From Squalus acanthias (Eukaryota), in the NCBI GenBank assembly GCA_030390025.1, contig CM059426.1:189534001-189598000 (forward strand): 64,000 nucleotides of DNA, in the 5' to 3' direction. Position numbers and translations under genes: made by a program. Below, piece after piece: positions 12,227 to 24,954 of this stretch. The notes below the pieces were generated by a model. That model worked only from the letters and a program-made list of their open reading frames with translations. It ran no database searches and had not been told where the DNA came from. Each line of letters starts with the position of its first letter. Within the stretch, counting starts at the first letter, position 1.

Positions 12227-15200
12227 TCTCCTAGTAAAGCTCCACAAACAGGCAATTACTTCTGTACAATAGCTTCCACTATGTGGTATCCGGATCAGGG
12301 TTACTGCTCTGCTACTCACACTGCACTTATATATTGCCATTGTTTCCCATCATTGGGTTAGGGGCGCTAATGTTGTGATAGCTAGCCATGCTCATCTGCC
12401 TCCATTTATATGCAGTGGGGTGGAATCATGGTGTACAATAATGGTGACTGGTGGTTTTCTTGCAGGAAAATTTTGGTGACCATTTTTTGGAGTGGGATTG
12501 CAGCGTAAAGCCACAACACTCACCTTTCCTCACATAAGCACCTGAAAATCATCTGTTTCTGGGCAATTTCAAAGGAAAATCTAGGTCCCTCACTACAGGT
12601 TTGGTGACTGTAATTTAGAATTTATTGCCCTTCTACCTCCTTGTCTACAATAAAAAATAAATGCAAAGACTGCCCAGGAAGTGTTTCCATCTCAGTTACG
12701 TGATCCTTTTCCAAGAAGGCCAATTATATGTCCCATTCAGTAGTGGCAGAAACCCTCCACCAGATCATCTTTATTTCATATCAGCAATTGATCCATGCTA
12801 TTCCCACTTCAGTCCCTAGACCTTGCTGCTCCCATCCCTCCAGTATAAAATAAGAGATGGTTTAATTTTAGTCAGCCAGGTATCCAACACATGCAGAAAA
12901 CCGTTACTATGCTTCATAAATTCCAAACCAAACTACTGAAAAATCCACATAAGTACAGTTCCTATTTGCCTGATAGACACAGTCACTATCTCTTATTAAG
13001 GATGCATCTCACTCACGTATGCCCAGAAAATTTAGCGGCAGTTTGGCAATAGCCAAGGCTGTAGGTTCTCCCAAGTGTCGAGAGATACTGCTCAAATATA
13101 ACCATGCAAATTACCAGCACAGAACACTAATAATTTCTCACTATTCAATTAGCATCACGCTTCCCATTACGACAGTGGCTCGCAGAGTTAGTTGGAGTGC
13201 AGTCCCCAGTGAGCGGTCTACCCTTCAGGTCCCATCAATAAATCAAGCTGTCAGGTCAGTCATCAACAACACCCTTGAGTACTGCGGGCCTGCCTGATTC
13301 AGGTACCGGATTCCCAAGCTTGCAATCGAGGATCAATTTGGTTTCAGTCTCCCATCACCACTCTTGTGATCTTGGAGCTAACTCAATCTCAAAGAGACTC
13401 TACTAGCTTTTCCTCAAGGATCATAGGCAACAGTTGGTCATTAGACAACTGATAAGTGTGTGTTTGAACCCTCACTAAATAGAGAGCTGGCACAGAGAAC
13501 TCACAAGCAGCATGTAAAGCAGCACAACACACCAGAAAATGTGTAAGTGGATTGCTACGATTGTCCTGACCACTGCAAGACCAAATCATACCAAATCAAA
13601 AGGTGATCCCACCAGTTGGAGGTCTGGCTCCTGTGCATCAAGTGTGTGCCTCTCTGCAAGATAATTATAGTGGGCATGGAGCCCTGGATATATCAGTGTG
13701 TGTTTACCTGAGCAGCCTTTGGGTAATTCCCTCTAGCAGCTCATTTCAAGCCTTGGGATTTTCTTATCAACTGGGCATGATGATGGGCATCTGCCTTTAA
13801 AATGGTGGAAGGACCTAGATGGGACATCTTGCAATATGTCAGCCACCTTGACATTCTAGTTGTCCAAGTCCAATGCTCTTTCAGGCTAGCTTGTCACCAA
13901 CTGCTCACTCCTGGTTCTCATACAGGGCTTTGATAAAGAAACGTGCCCACTGTAAGACTGACTCTGCATCTAAGGGGCTGAGCAATAGGTTGTTGTAAGC
14001 TGAAGTGCTCCCTGCATGAAACCGTTTACTGAAGAAATGCCATTCCCAAGAAAACCAAAAAAACATCCAAGAATCAAGAATAATTCAGACTAAAAGGATT
14101 TTATCTGACAGAATGAATAACTGCAGTGGAATTGTTTATCTGTAAAATTAGACAATGCATTCATTTTTTTGTGCTAGAATTCCAAAAGCACTTACGTTAT
14201 TTCAAAAGAAATTACCTTAGTTGAGATTCCCCTGGTTCATATCACAAATACTCCTGCAGAGGAGAGTCAAATTATTAGTTTTAGAAGAAATACGGCAATA
14301 TTTTCTGAATAATTTAATGATACAATATTTGATAGACTTTTTTTCATAGCACAGTGATTACCTTTAATGTGGTGCCACTTGATAGCTGTAGTGTTCGGTA
14401 GGGGGAGGAGAACAATTTTTCAGTGTGTATGTGGGTGCCTGCGTATCTATGTAGGTGTGCACTGAGGGAGGAAAAACACAGCAAAATTCTTTCAATTTCA
14501 GCTAGTTTTTGACTCTGCATTGAAATTAGGTACCTTGCGCATTTTTGTGACGAATAAATTTGACCAAATGGGGGAGATGCCAGTGTATCAGGTAATCAGG
14601 GTGGAAAACACCGACACAGATAAAAAGCTTAAAAAAATTAAAAGCTAAAAAAAGCACAATAAAGAAAATTGTCCCGATGGCTCGAGGAAATATGCTTCAA
14701 ATTGAACAGTGTTGAGTCCAGAACTCACCCAGCCTTTGGCAGAAATGATTTATTAATAGCAGGAACACTGAGCAACAGGACTAGGTAAGGAGCTAGCAAG
14801 ACAACGTCAAACAGTGGGCAAGAACAAAATAAAATACAGGAAACAAATAAATTCCTCAAAACAGACCAATTATTAAAAGAGAGAATGAGGGTAACTTTCA
14901 ACTTTAGTGGAGGGCAGAAAACTAATGATATTGGATCGGCTGCCCGTTAAATATCCTGCTGAATTTTCCTTTCTATTGAAGTTAATGGAAAAGAAAATCG
15001 GCCGGGCTGTATAACGAGGCACTTTGTAAGGAACAAAGTGATTCTGGGTATTGGGAATTTAGGTTGAGGAAAAGTTTAGAGAGTGCTGGGAGTGTAGGAT
15101 CTTGGAACTACTCCAAGAGTCTGCTTCTCATCCCTTGGTTCCCCAGCCTAGGGTCTGCCGTTCCAGAACTCTTCATGAAAACAGGAGAAAACATAAGTTT

Positions 15201-15409
15201 TTTCTCCATAATTAATGAACCACTACCAAAATCACAGGAAAACACAGGTTTGAAATGTGTGATTTCTAAGATAGCAATTTTGTAAGCAGCAATGAAAATA
15301 CAGCAGCCAGTCCTTTAACGATGTCAGGAAGATCGATTGGGTGTGCTGTATTTGGTGAAAATGATCAGATCGTGCAAGTGCCAGCAAACTCTGTAATGGA
15401 ATGATGTAA

Positions 15410-18139
15410 AATGCCCGCATACCTGGTGGTCCGGGAGGTACGGAGACTCGCGGTCCTGGGCCTCTCTGGGTACCCGCGGGTAGAGGCCCACGTATCCCAG
15501 GGGCGCATGCGGTTCGCAAGCACCCCTGGGATCACGTGGGCCAGCCCGACAAATGACAGAAGGGGGATCCCCATTCATGCTTATGGGGATTCCGTATGTA
15601 CAGAAATCCCATAAGCATGAATGAGAATATCCCAAAAAATACATCTACACATCAAATAAATGGGGAAAAAAAACATTACATATTTAAAATTAATTAAAAT
15701 GCCATTTAATTACATATTTAATACAAAAAATTATTTTTTTGAAAAATAAATTTAAATGTTTTAAAGGGGCTAAAAATAAAGTTTTAAAAATTTGTTTATG
15801 AGATGTGGATGTCGCTGGCAAGGCCAGCATTTATTGCCCATCCCTAACTGCCCTTGAGAAGGTGGTGGTGAGCCGCCTTCTTGAACTGCTGCAGTCCGTG
15901 TGGTGAAGGTACTCCCACAGTGCTGTTAGGGAGGGAGTTCCATGATTTTGACCCAGCAACGATGAAGGATCGGCGATATATTTCTAAGTCAGGATGGTTG
16001 GTGACTTGGAGGGGAACTTGGAGGTGGTGGTGTTCCCATGCACCTGCTGCCCTTGTCCTTCTAGGTGGAAGAGGTCACGGGTTTGGGAGGTGCTGCTGAA
16101 GAAGCCTTGTAGAGTTGCTGCAGTGCATCTTGTAGATGGTACACACTGCAGCCATGGTACACCGGTGGTGGAGGGAGTGAATGTTTAAGGTGGTGGATGG
16201 GGTGCCAATCAAGCAGGTTGCTTTGTCCTGGATGGTGTCAAGCTTCTTGAGTGTTGTTGGAGCTGCACTCATCCAGGCAAGTGGAGAGTATTCCATCACA
16301 CTCCTTACTTGTGCCTTGTAGATGGTGGAAAGGCTTTGGGGAGTCAGGAGGTGAGACACTCGTTGCAGAATACCTAGCCTCTGACCTGCTCTTGTTGCCA
16401 CAGTATTTATGTGGCTGGTCCAGTTAAGTTTCTGGTCAATGGTGACCCCTAGGAAGTTGATGGTGGGGGATTCGGCAATGGTAATGCCGTTGAATGTCAA
16501 GGGGAGGTGGTTAGACTCTCGCTTGTGGGAGATAGACATTGCCTGGCACGAACGTTACCTGCCACTTATCAGCCCAAGCCTGAACGTCGTCCAGGTCTTG
16601 TTGCATGCGGGCATAGACTGCTTCGTTATCTGAGGAGTTGTGAATGGCACTGAACACTGTGCGGTCATCAGCGAACCTCCCCATTTCTGACCTTATGTTG
16701 AAGGGAAGGTCATTGATGGTTGGCTAGGACACTGCCCTGGGGAAATCCTACAGCGATGTCCTGGGGCTGTGATGATTGACCTACAACCATCTTCCTTTGT
16801 GCTAGGTATGACTCCAGCTATTGCAGAGTTTTCACCCCAATTTCCATTGACTTCAGTTTTACTAGGGCTTCTTGATGTCAAGGGCAGTCACTCTCACCTC
16901 ACCTCCATGTTTGGACCAAGGCTGTAATGAGGTCGGGAGCCGAGTGGTCTTGGTGGAACCCAAACAGTGAGCAGGTTATTGGTGAGTAAAAGTGCCACCT
17001 GATAGCACTGTCGATGACACCTTCCATCACTTTGCTGATGATTGCGACTAGACTGATGGGGCAGTAATTGGCTGGATTGGATTTAGTTTTCCACATTGTC
17101 GGATAGATGCCAGTGTTGTAGCTGTACTGGAACAGCTTGGCTATTTTTGGAGCACAAGTCTTCAGCACGATAGCCGGGATGTTGTTGCGGGGCCATAGTC
17201 CAGAGCGCTCAGCCATTTCTTGATATCACGTGGGGTGAATTGAATTGGCTGAAGACTGGCTTCTGTGATGTGGGGACCTCAGGAGGAGGTCGATATGGAT
17301 CATCCACTCGGCACCAAGATGGTTGCTTTGTCTTTTACACTCACGTGCTGGGCTCCATCATCATTGAGGATGGGGATATTCATGAAGCCTCCTCCTCCTC
17401 CTATTAGTTGTTTAATGGTTCACAACTGGATGTGGCAGGACTGCCGTTGATTGTGGGATCACTTAGCCCTGTCTATAGCATGCTGCTTCCCCAGGTTGGC
17501 ACCTCATTTTTAGGTACCATGCCCATAGCCGGGTGGTCCGTCCGGTTTTGTTCTTATTATTGTGTTTCGTAGCAGTTTGTTACATCTGAGTGGCTTGCTA
17601 GGCCATTTCAGAAGGCAGTTAAGAGTCAACCATATTGCTGTGGGTCTCAGAGTCACAGACAGGCCAGACCAGGTAAGGATGGCAGATTTCCTTCCCTAAA
17701 AGGCATTAGTGACCCAGATGGGTTTTTATGACAATCCGATAGTTTCATGGCTACCATTACTGTTACTAGCTTTTGATTCCAGATTTATTTAATTCACTGA
17801 ATTTAAATTCCAGTGGATGGGATTTGAACTCACATCTCTGCGATCATTAGTCCAGGCCTCTGGATTACTAGCCCAGTAACATTACCACTATGCTACCATT
17901 CCCTCCTTACCTCATTGCCCAGGTTTTTTAATGTATAAATGATTGATAAAACATTATTTTTATTTTTTTTAAACTCTTACGCTGGTAAAAGCAGGCCTTA
18001 CGACTGCTTTTACCAGACATAAGAATTTCATGGGCATTCACTGGGCAGAAGCTTCGCATGCCTAAACTCGGAACTTGCACGGCCCTTACGGGCACATACA
18101 CAGCTTGTACACGCCCGTAGGGGCCGCAAATTACGGCCC
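15410..18139. mobile_element. Harbinger-type MITE (family of 9472-10225, inverted), split by a LINE
   Basis: 15410-15790 and 17905-18139 match the reverse complement of 9472-10225. Right end is AAATTACGGCCC. Confidence 0.65.
15795..17903 (-). mobile_element. CR1-group LINE with tRNA-like 5' head, multiply internally deleted
   Basis: RT-region peptides SNPANYCPISL, LGVTIDQKLNW and IYKAQVRSVMEYSPLAW. 3' end GGGATGGGCAATAAATGCTGGCC. Head carries an A box (TAGCATAGTGG) and a B box (GAGTTCAAATCC). Confidence 0.85.
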
Positions 18140-18865
18140 ATCATCTCAAGTGTGAGAAAGTGGGCATGTGGGGTGATTTATTTTTGGAAAATGGAACTTG
18201 TCGGGTCTAAAGGCCCTTTTGTTGTTTCTAAATGTTCTTGTGTTCTTATGTAAATTAATGTTGTACTGAAAGCTGGATTCTTGCATAAAAGGTTTTGTTT
18301 GAGTAAACATTTACAAAGCCTATCGAACACTTAACATGTAAATGATCAAATAATAATTCTATAAAAATGCAATCACAAATCTATGAACTGCAGCTTGAAA
18401 CATCCTCACTGAAATCTACCAGAAACAGTGATTATAAACTACAGAAAGTGGACCAGACTTTAGAAATTAGCCACTGCCTACATCATTATAGCAGTACAAA
18501 AAGCCTATTCATAGCGGCATGTGTATTTGAAGCACACATTATGATGGGAATTTATATATCCATAATTACCAACATTTCTTCCAACAATACTGTGCCCTTT
18601 CCTTATGATGGAGAAGGGTTGCCTAAAATACAATCATTATTACAGTTATTATGGAAAATTGTAGGAAAATCAGAGTCCGATGAATGGGATTTTTTCCTTT
18701 AATATGTTTGATTACGCTGGTTCAGTAGAAGCCTTGAAATCCTTGACCAGCTATTTTAATCTTGTCTACAGATTGTGTGGCAGAGTTCAAATTATACTGT
18801 TGACTGTGCCCAGTCCTGATTTACACTCCACAGTTTGAGGTTGTGCCATTCTTGCACTTGTTATA

Positions 18866-19085
18866 AAAAGAACTTGCATTTAGATAGCACCTTTCACTAC
18901 CTCAGGACATCTCAAGGCGCTTTACAGCCAATTAAGTACTTTTGAAGTGTAGTCACTGTTGTAATGTAGGAAACGCGGCAGCCAATTTGCGCACAGCAAG
19001 CTCCCACAAACAGTAATGAGATAATGACCAGATAATCGGTTTTGGTGATCTTGGTTGAGGGATACATATTGGTCAGGACACCAGG
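18866..19085 (-). mobile_element. 3' half of a SacSINE1/Deu-type SINE
   Basis: Reverse complement of the 3' part of the SINE at 44992-45440. Confidence 0.8.
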
Positions 19086-20948
19086 GGTGGGGGAGGGGGA
19101 GGAGTACTTCCTTGCTCTTTGTTTTGTTCTTTTTCCTTAGGATATATGCAACAATTCCTAGTCAGTGGTATCAAGTAAAACAACCTTAATAACACAGCCG
19201 TACAAATTATAACTTGGCTAAGTGTTTTTTGTTTTGAGGCAGTTAACATGAGCAATGCTATATAACACTTACAGATTACTGTGAATGAAAGTATCTTTAA
19301 TGAGATTCTGAATTATACCCTCATCGTGCTGCCCTTGCAAAATCGTATTGGCTCCAGTTGCGTAGTGATATAAATGGAGAGTGCTAAATTATGCTGGCTG
19401 ATTGTACGGGAACAATGATGTAGCAAGGTCAAATATACATATACGTGCAAGGAGTGTGATTTCTGTTGCTAATCTAATGACAATAACTGAAAGGAATACA
19501 GTACTATCATCCAGAAAACATTTATTATTATTATTATATTCTAAATAAAAGACAATTTCCTCACTGGCTTTTTAATGTTGATCTATAATAATTGCAACTA
19601 TTTAAAGGGTTACTGTCTTAATGGAAAGTGTTTCTAACATAAAAATGAGTGTTCCTCAAGTGCCAAAGAAGAGAATCGGCCCTGATCACAGAATCATAGA
19701 ATCTTACTGTAGAGAAGGAGGCCATATGGCCCATCGTTCTTGTGCCGGCTCTTTGAAAGAGCTGTCCAATTTAATCCCCAACCACCCCAGATTTTTCCCC
19801 ATAACTGATGGCTCTGTGTTAAAATTAATGTGATGTCTTTTCGTTTTCAATTTGTTGAACACTTTAATGAACCCACTGCCGTTTTACAAATAGAAGCAAA
19901 AAAAAAAACTTTTTTGTATGATGCCGTATAACTGTAGAGAGCTTACCTCACACGCTGCATTTCTGGTTGTGTTCTGTCGCAAAGCATAGGCCAGCCACAA
20001 AACACAGTCAATGACCGCTTGCCTTTTATATGGTTTGCACCTAGTTATGAAGGCAATCTAGCTTGCCACGGCACTGTCCCCTCTCTATCAAAACACAACA
20101 GCAGTCATTGACTCCTCACTATTGTTCCGATAAAGTAAGTGTAGCCAGCTTTGGTATCAAATTAAAATAGATGGAGGGATAAACTGTACCTTTTAGCCGA
20201 TACAGTTAAATAACTGTTTCTATCAGTAGGGGCACGATGGAGAGTGTAACTCACTGCAGACACTTAAAAGCCATGGGAGAGAGAGAGAAAGGTTTAGTCT
20301 GTGGATGGAGCCTCACTCAGAATCTTCATGCCCAAATTTAAATAAAAGCTTTAACTCTTTGATAACCTCAGTGCCATTTCTGCATTTAAATAGTCGTTTC
20401 AAAGATTTTCCTGTATGCGCTCTTGTTGAAATTATTCCATGTTCTTTTGATCCATAACTTTTGTTGACTGCAGTAAAATTCCAACTTCTCAGTTTTGCTC
20501 AGCACAATTAGTCCATGGAAGTAAAAATGAAATGTATCTAACCACATCTGACATTGACCTTGAACCCATATCGATTTCTGTTGAGAACCACACACAATGT
20601 TTCTCAGAGATGATGTGATTTCAGCCATGACCCTGAAATTCCTCAGGTGGATTATGAGGGGATCATGCCTGGTGATGCCCTCTAGCATTGACCCTGCTGG
20701 AGTTTTTAGCGTCAGTGGGAGGGCAACTCATTTAAATGATAGGCGGGCACAAGCATCACAATGGACATGGCTTTGGTGCCCACCTGCCCCATGCTGCTGG
20801 AAACTTTGTGGCTTTGGTGTATATATGGGCGGGGTGGGGGGGATGGTTTGCTCAGGCTCCGCCCGATCCAACATTTCCCTCTACCCCTTGAACAAGAATG
20901 TTAATCTGCACAAATTTGTAAAAAAACAATAATTTACCTTCTTCAGGG

Positions 20949-22534
20949 TGTGAAGGAATAAGCCATATAACCTATTCAGTAAAATTCACCATTCTATGAA
21001 AGAATTCTGGCCTTATTAAAACATGACAAACTAGGTCTGGAAATCTAGAAACCTAACTGAAAAAGCTGTGATAGCATTCTGGCTATAGAGATAAGACAGT
21101 TGTTGACACTGAATCAATAACCTTATTGAAACAGAAAGTTAAAGGCTCCTGACAGACTGACCTTAGGGAACAAGACAATAGTTCACCCTGGTTAAGGTGT
21201 TCTAATTTACACTTCGTAAAGAAGCACAAACATCTGCCTTCGTAAAAATGACATCAAGTAAAAAACACACCTGTTGTTACACCGTTTTTTTATGGTAAAC
21301 TTAGAACACCTAGAGGAGAGACACGATTCTGTAATGCTACCAGCTGAGGCGACTAAGAATTGCAGAAGTCAGCAGAAAAATGACTAGAGATAATTAGCTT
21401 ACATCAGCAGAAAACGTTAAAGGAAATACCACTGAAAAAGGGTATAAATATTGAACTCTCAAATGGGATAGTAGACTCGCTGTAAAGGGGCAAAGCGATT
21501 CTCAGGCTTCAGAGGTGGCTCTGTAAGTCTCCAACTCTTTGTACCTCGGGGATCAAAGGTACTGTATTTGATTTTGGTGGATATCCTGAATAAAACTAAA
21601 AACTGTAAAACTGTAGCGAAGTTAAGATTTGATAATAGAATTGTAAGCTTTCTCTTTTTGGAACTGTTAATGTTGCGATTGACTCACCAACTGTAAATTA
21701 CATGTCGGTTCTTTAATAAGTCTATATATTTTTAGAATTGTCTCACATAAGACTTCTGTATCAAACTCGCAAACTCAATCTCTGTACACTCTTTGGTGAG
21801 GAGTTGCAGAATTCTGGGGGAGTTTTCCGGACCCTCATAATATCCGGAATGTTACAGTCTAGCTAAACTTATTAAAAGTGCTATCTGGAGGACGGTAACA
21901 TTTTCAGGTTGTTCCTTTCCTTTAGGGAGAGATAGTCCGGACCTTTAGACCCAATTAAGCAACTTTAGGATTCGGCTACCTCAAACTTTAGTTGAAAGTG
22001 AACGTCTGGGGAATACGCCTGATCTGGGGTAGCCCTAAAGGAGCTAGGACTAGTAATTATCCCTTCAAGGGATCCAGGCCGCCTGTTTGACCTGTACCCC
22101 ACCAGTGGGGCCCACATTGGCTTTTGCAGAGGCTGGTGTTGTAGTGGCCTCCAGTCACTCGGTGTACCGACTACTATTACAATGCTGAGGACCCAGGAGA
22201 GGGAACTCCTGTCTGAGAGAGTCCCCAACCCTGGCCCCTACCCCCTGCCTGTCAGTTGTCTTGTAAGTGGCAGATGGAAGTTACGGCCATTACAAGGCAA
22301 AGAAAAAACAGAATTGGCTGAGTCTCAGCATGATCGGGTTTCTGCCATTTACCTACAGATTTTGCCAGTCTCTCACTGGATTTACGGCAGAAAAACTGGC
22401 TGAACCTCCCTGGAGATTCAGGGCTCATGTATCTCATTTAAACAGCAGGGGGAACACAAGTCAGATATTTAACTTTTAAACCTGCCGTCCATTTACTTCT
22501 TAGATGGACTATCTTTATCTCTGCAGTAGTTACA
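20949..22534 (+). mobile_element. Probable LTR/ERV-like fragment (boundaries uncertain)
   Basis: Starts with TGT, has TATAAATA near 21444 and AATAAA near 21589, with candidate ACA ends at 21856, 21900 or 22534. No TSD or primer-binding site found. Confidence 0.35.
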
Positions 22535-24954
22535 TTACTGATTTTGATGTTGTCCATTATGACAGATAGCTAAATACCTGCAAACTTCTCCCCCGCCCCC
22601 AAATAATGACAGGGTACATTTCCACAGGCAACAACGGGCCATTGGTGCCTTGTCCAAGTGACCATTCTTTACGTAACAGTGAGCATCAGCCAACCATTCT
22701 ATTGGTGTGGCGTTACGGCCAAGTTCAATCCTAATCATGTCCATACCCAATATCCACATATAGGCCGAGATTTTGCGGGGAGTTAGCAGGCAGGATCAGT
22801 GGCAGGTTAGGTGGGAAAATGTTTTTTTTTTGACAGCGGGCCAGGAACCTGCTGCCAACCTGCTGCAACGCGCCTTTCCCAATGTCGGGTCTGTCAACGC
22901 TGAGCAGTGGTGGGCGATCCAAATAAAATCATTCGCATCTAGTTGACAGATGCTTAACAGGCTTTTTTAACTTACCTTTCGACTTTACCTGCATGACCAC
23001 TGGAACCACACTGTTCGGGGACCAAGGCTGTCAACCTGAGGCGTAATTCCGTGGTCATTGCTCCAGCGAATTACTTGACAGCTTCAAATTTTTATTTTTT
23101 TTATTCGTTCATGGGATGTGGGTGTCACTGGCAAGGCCATCATTTATTGCCCATCCCTAATTGCCCTTGAGAAGGTGGTGGTGAGCCGCCTTCTTGAACC
23201 GCTGCAGTCTGTGTGCTGAAGGTACTCCCACAGTGCTGTTAGGGAGGGAGTTCCAGGATGTTGACTCAGCGACAATGAAGGAGCAGCGATATACTTCTAA
23301 GTCAGGATGGTGTGTGACTTGGAGGGGAACTTGGAGGTGGTGGTGTTCCCATGCGTCTGCTGCCCTTGTCCTTCTAGGTGGAAGAGGTCGCGGGTTTGGG
23401 AGGTGCTGCCGAAGAAGCCTTGGCGAGTTGCTGCAGTGCATCTTGTAGATGGTACACACTGCAGCCACGGTACGCCGGTGGTGGAGGGAGTGAATGTTTA
23501 AGGTGGTAGATGGGGTGCCAATCAAGCGGGCTGCTTTTTCCTGGATGGTGTCGAGATTCTTGAGTGCTGTTGGAGCTGCACTTATCCAGGCAAGTGGAGA
23601 GTATTCCATCACACTCCTTACTTGTGCCTTGTAGATGGTGGAAAGGTTTTGGGGAGTCCGGAAGTGAGACACTCACAGCAGAATACCCAGCCTCTGACCT
23701 GCTCTTGTTGCCACAGTATTTATGTGGCTGGTCCAGTTAAGTTTCTGGTCAATGGTGATCCCCAGGATGTTGATGGTGGGGGATTCGGCAATGGTAATGC
23801 CATTGAATGTCAAGGGGCGGTGGTTAGACTGTCGCTTGTTGGAGATAGTCATTGCCTGGCACTTCTGTGGCGTGAATGTTACCTACCACTTATCAGCCCA
23901 AGCCTGAACATCGTTCAGGTCTTGTTGCACATGGGCATGGACTGCTTCATTATCTGAGGAGTTGTGAATGGTGCTGAACATTGTGCAGTCCTCTGCGAAC
24001 ATCCCATTTCTGACCTTATGTTGGAGGGTAGGTCATTGATGAAGCAGCTGAAGATGGTTCGGCATAGGACAGTGCCCTGAGGAACTCATGCAGCAATGTC
24101 CTGGAGCTGTGATGATTGACCTTCAATCACCACAACCATCTTCCTTTGTGCTAGGTATGACTCCAGCCAGTGGAGAGTTTTCTCCCTGATTCCAGTTTTA
24201 CTAGGGCTCCTTCATGCCACACTCGGTCAAATGCTGCCTTAATGTCAAGGGCAGTCACTCTCACCTCACCTCTGGAATTCAGCTCCTTTGTCCATGTTTG
24301 GACCAAGGCTGTAATGAGGTCGGGAGCCGAGTGGTCTTGGCGGAACCCAAACTGGGCATCAGTGAGCAGGTTATTGGTGAGTAAGTGCCGCTTGATAGCA
24401 CTGTTGATGACACCTTCCATCACTTTGCTGATGATTGAGAGTAGACTGATGGGGCGGTAATTGGCTGGGTTGGATTTGTCCTGCTTTTTGTGGACAGGAC
24501 ATACCTGGACAGTTTTCCACATTGTCGGATAGATGCCAGTGTTGTAGCTGTACTGGAACAGCTTGGCTAGTTCGGGAGCACAAGTCTTCAGCACGATAGC
24601 TGGGATGTTGTCAGGGCCCATAGCCTTTGCTGTATCCAGTGTGCTGAGCTGTTTCTTGATATCACGTGGAGTGAATCGAATTGGGTGAAGACTAGCTTCT
24701 GTAACCTCAGGAGGAGGCCGATATGGATCATCCACTTGGCACTTCTGGCTGAAGATGGTTGTAAACGCTTCAGCCTTGTCTTTTGCACTCACATGCTGGG
24801 CTCCACCATTGAGGATGGGGATATTCATGGAGCCTTCTCCTCCTCCCGTTAGTTGTTTAATGGTCCACATCCAGTCATGACTGGATGTGGCAGGATTGCA
24901 AAGCTGTGATCTGATCTCTTGATTGTGGGATCGCTTAGCCCTGTCTATAGCATG

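Noticed and set aside
12590-13740. Possible ancient LINE remnants (endonuclease-like on -, RTE-like C-terminus on +)
   Set aside because: Too degenerate to assign or delimit by eye.
20340-20690. 100-aa minus-strand ORF
   Set aside because: It starts inside a repeat, shows no recognisable domain and has no convincing splice signals.
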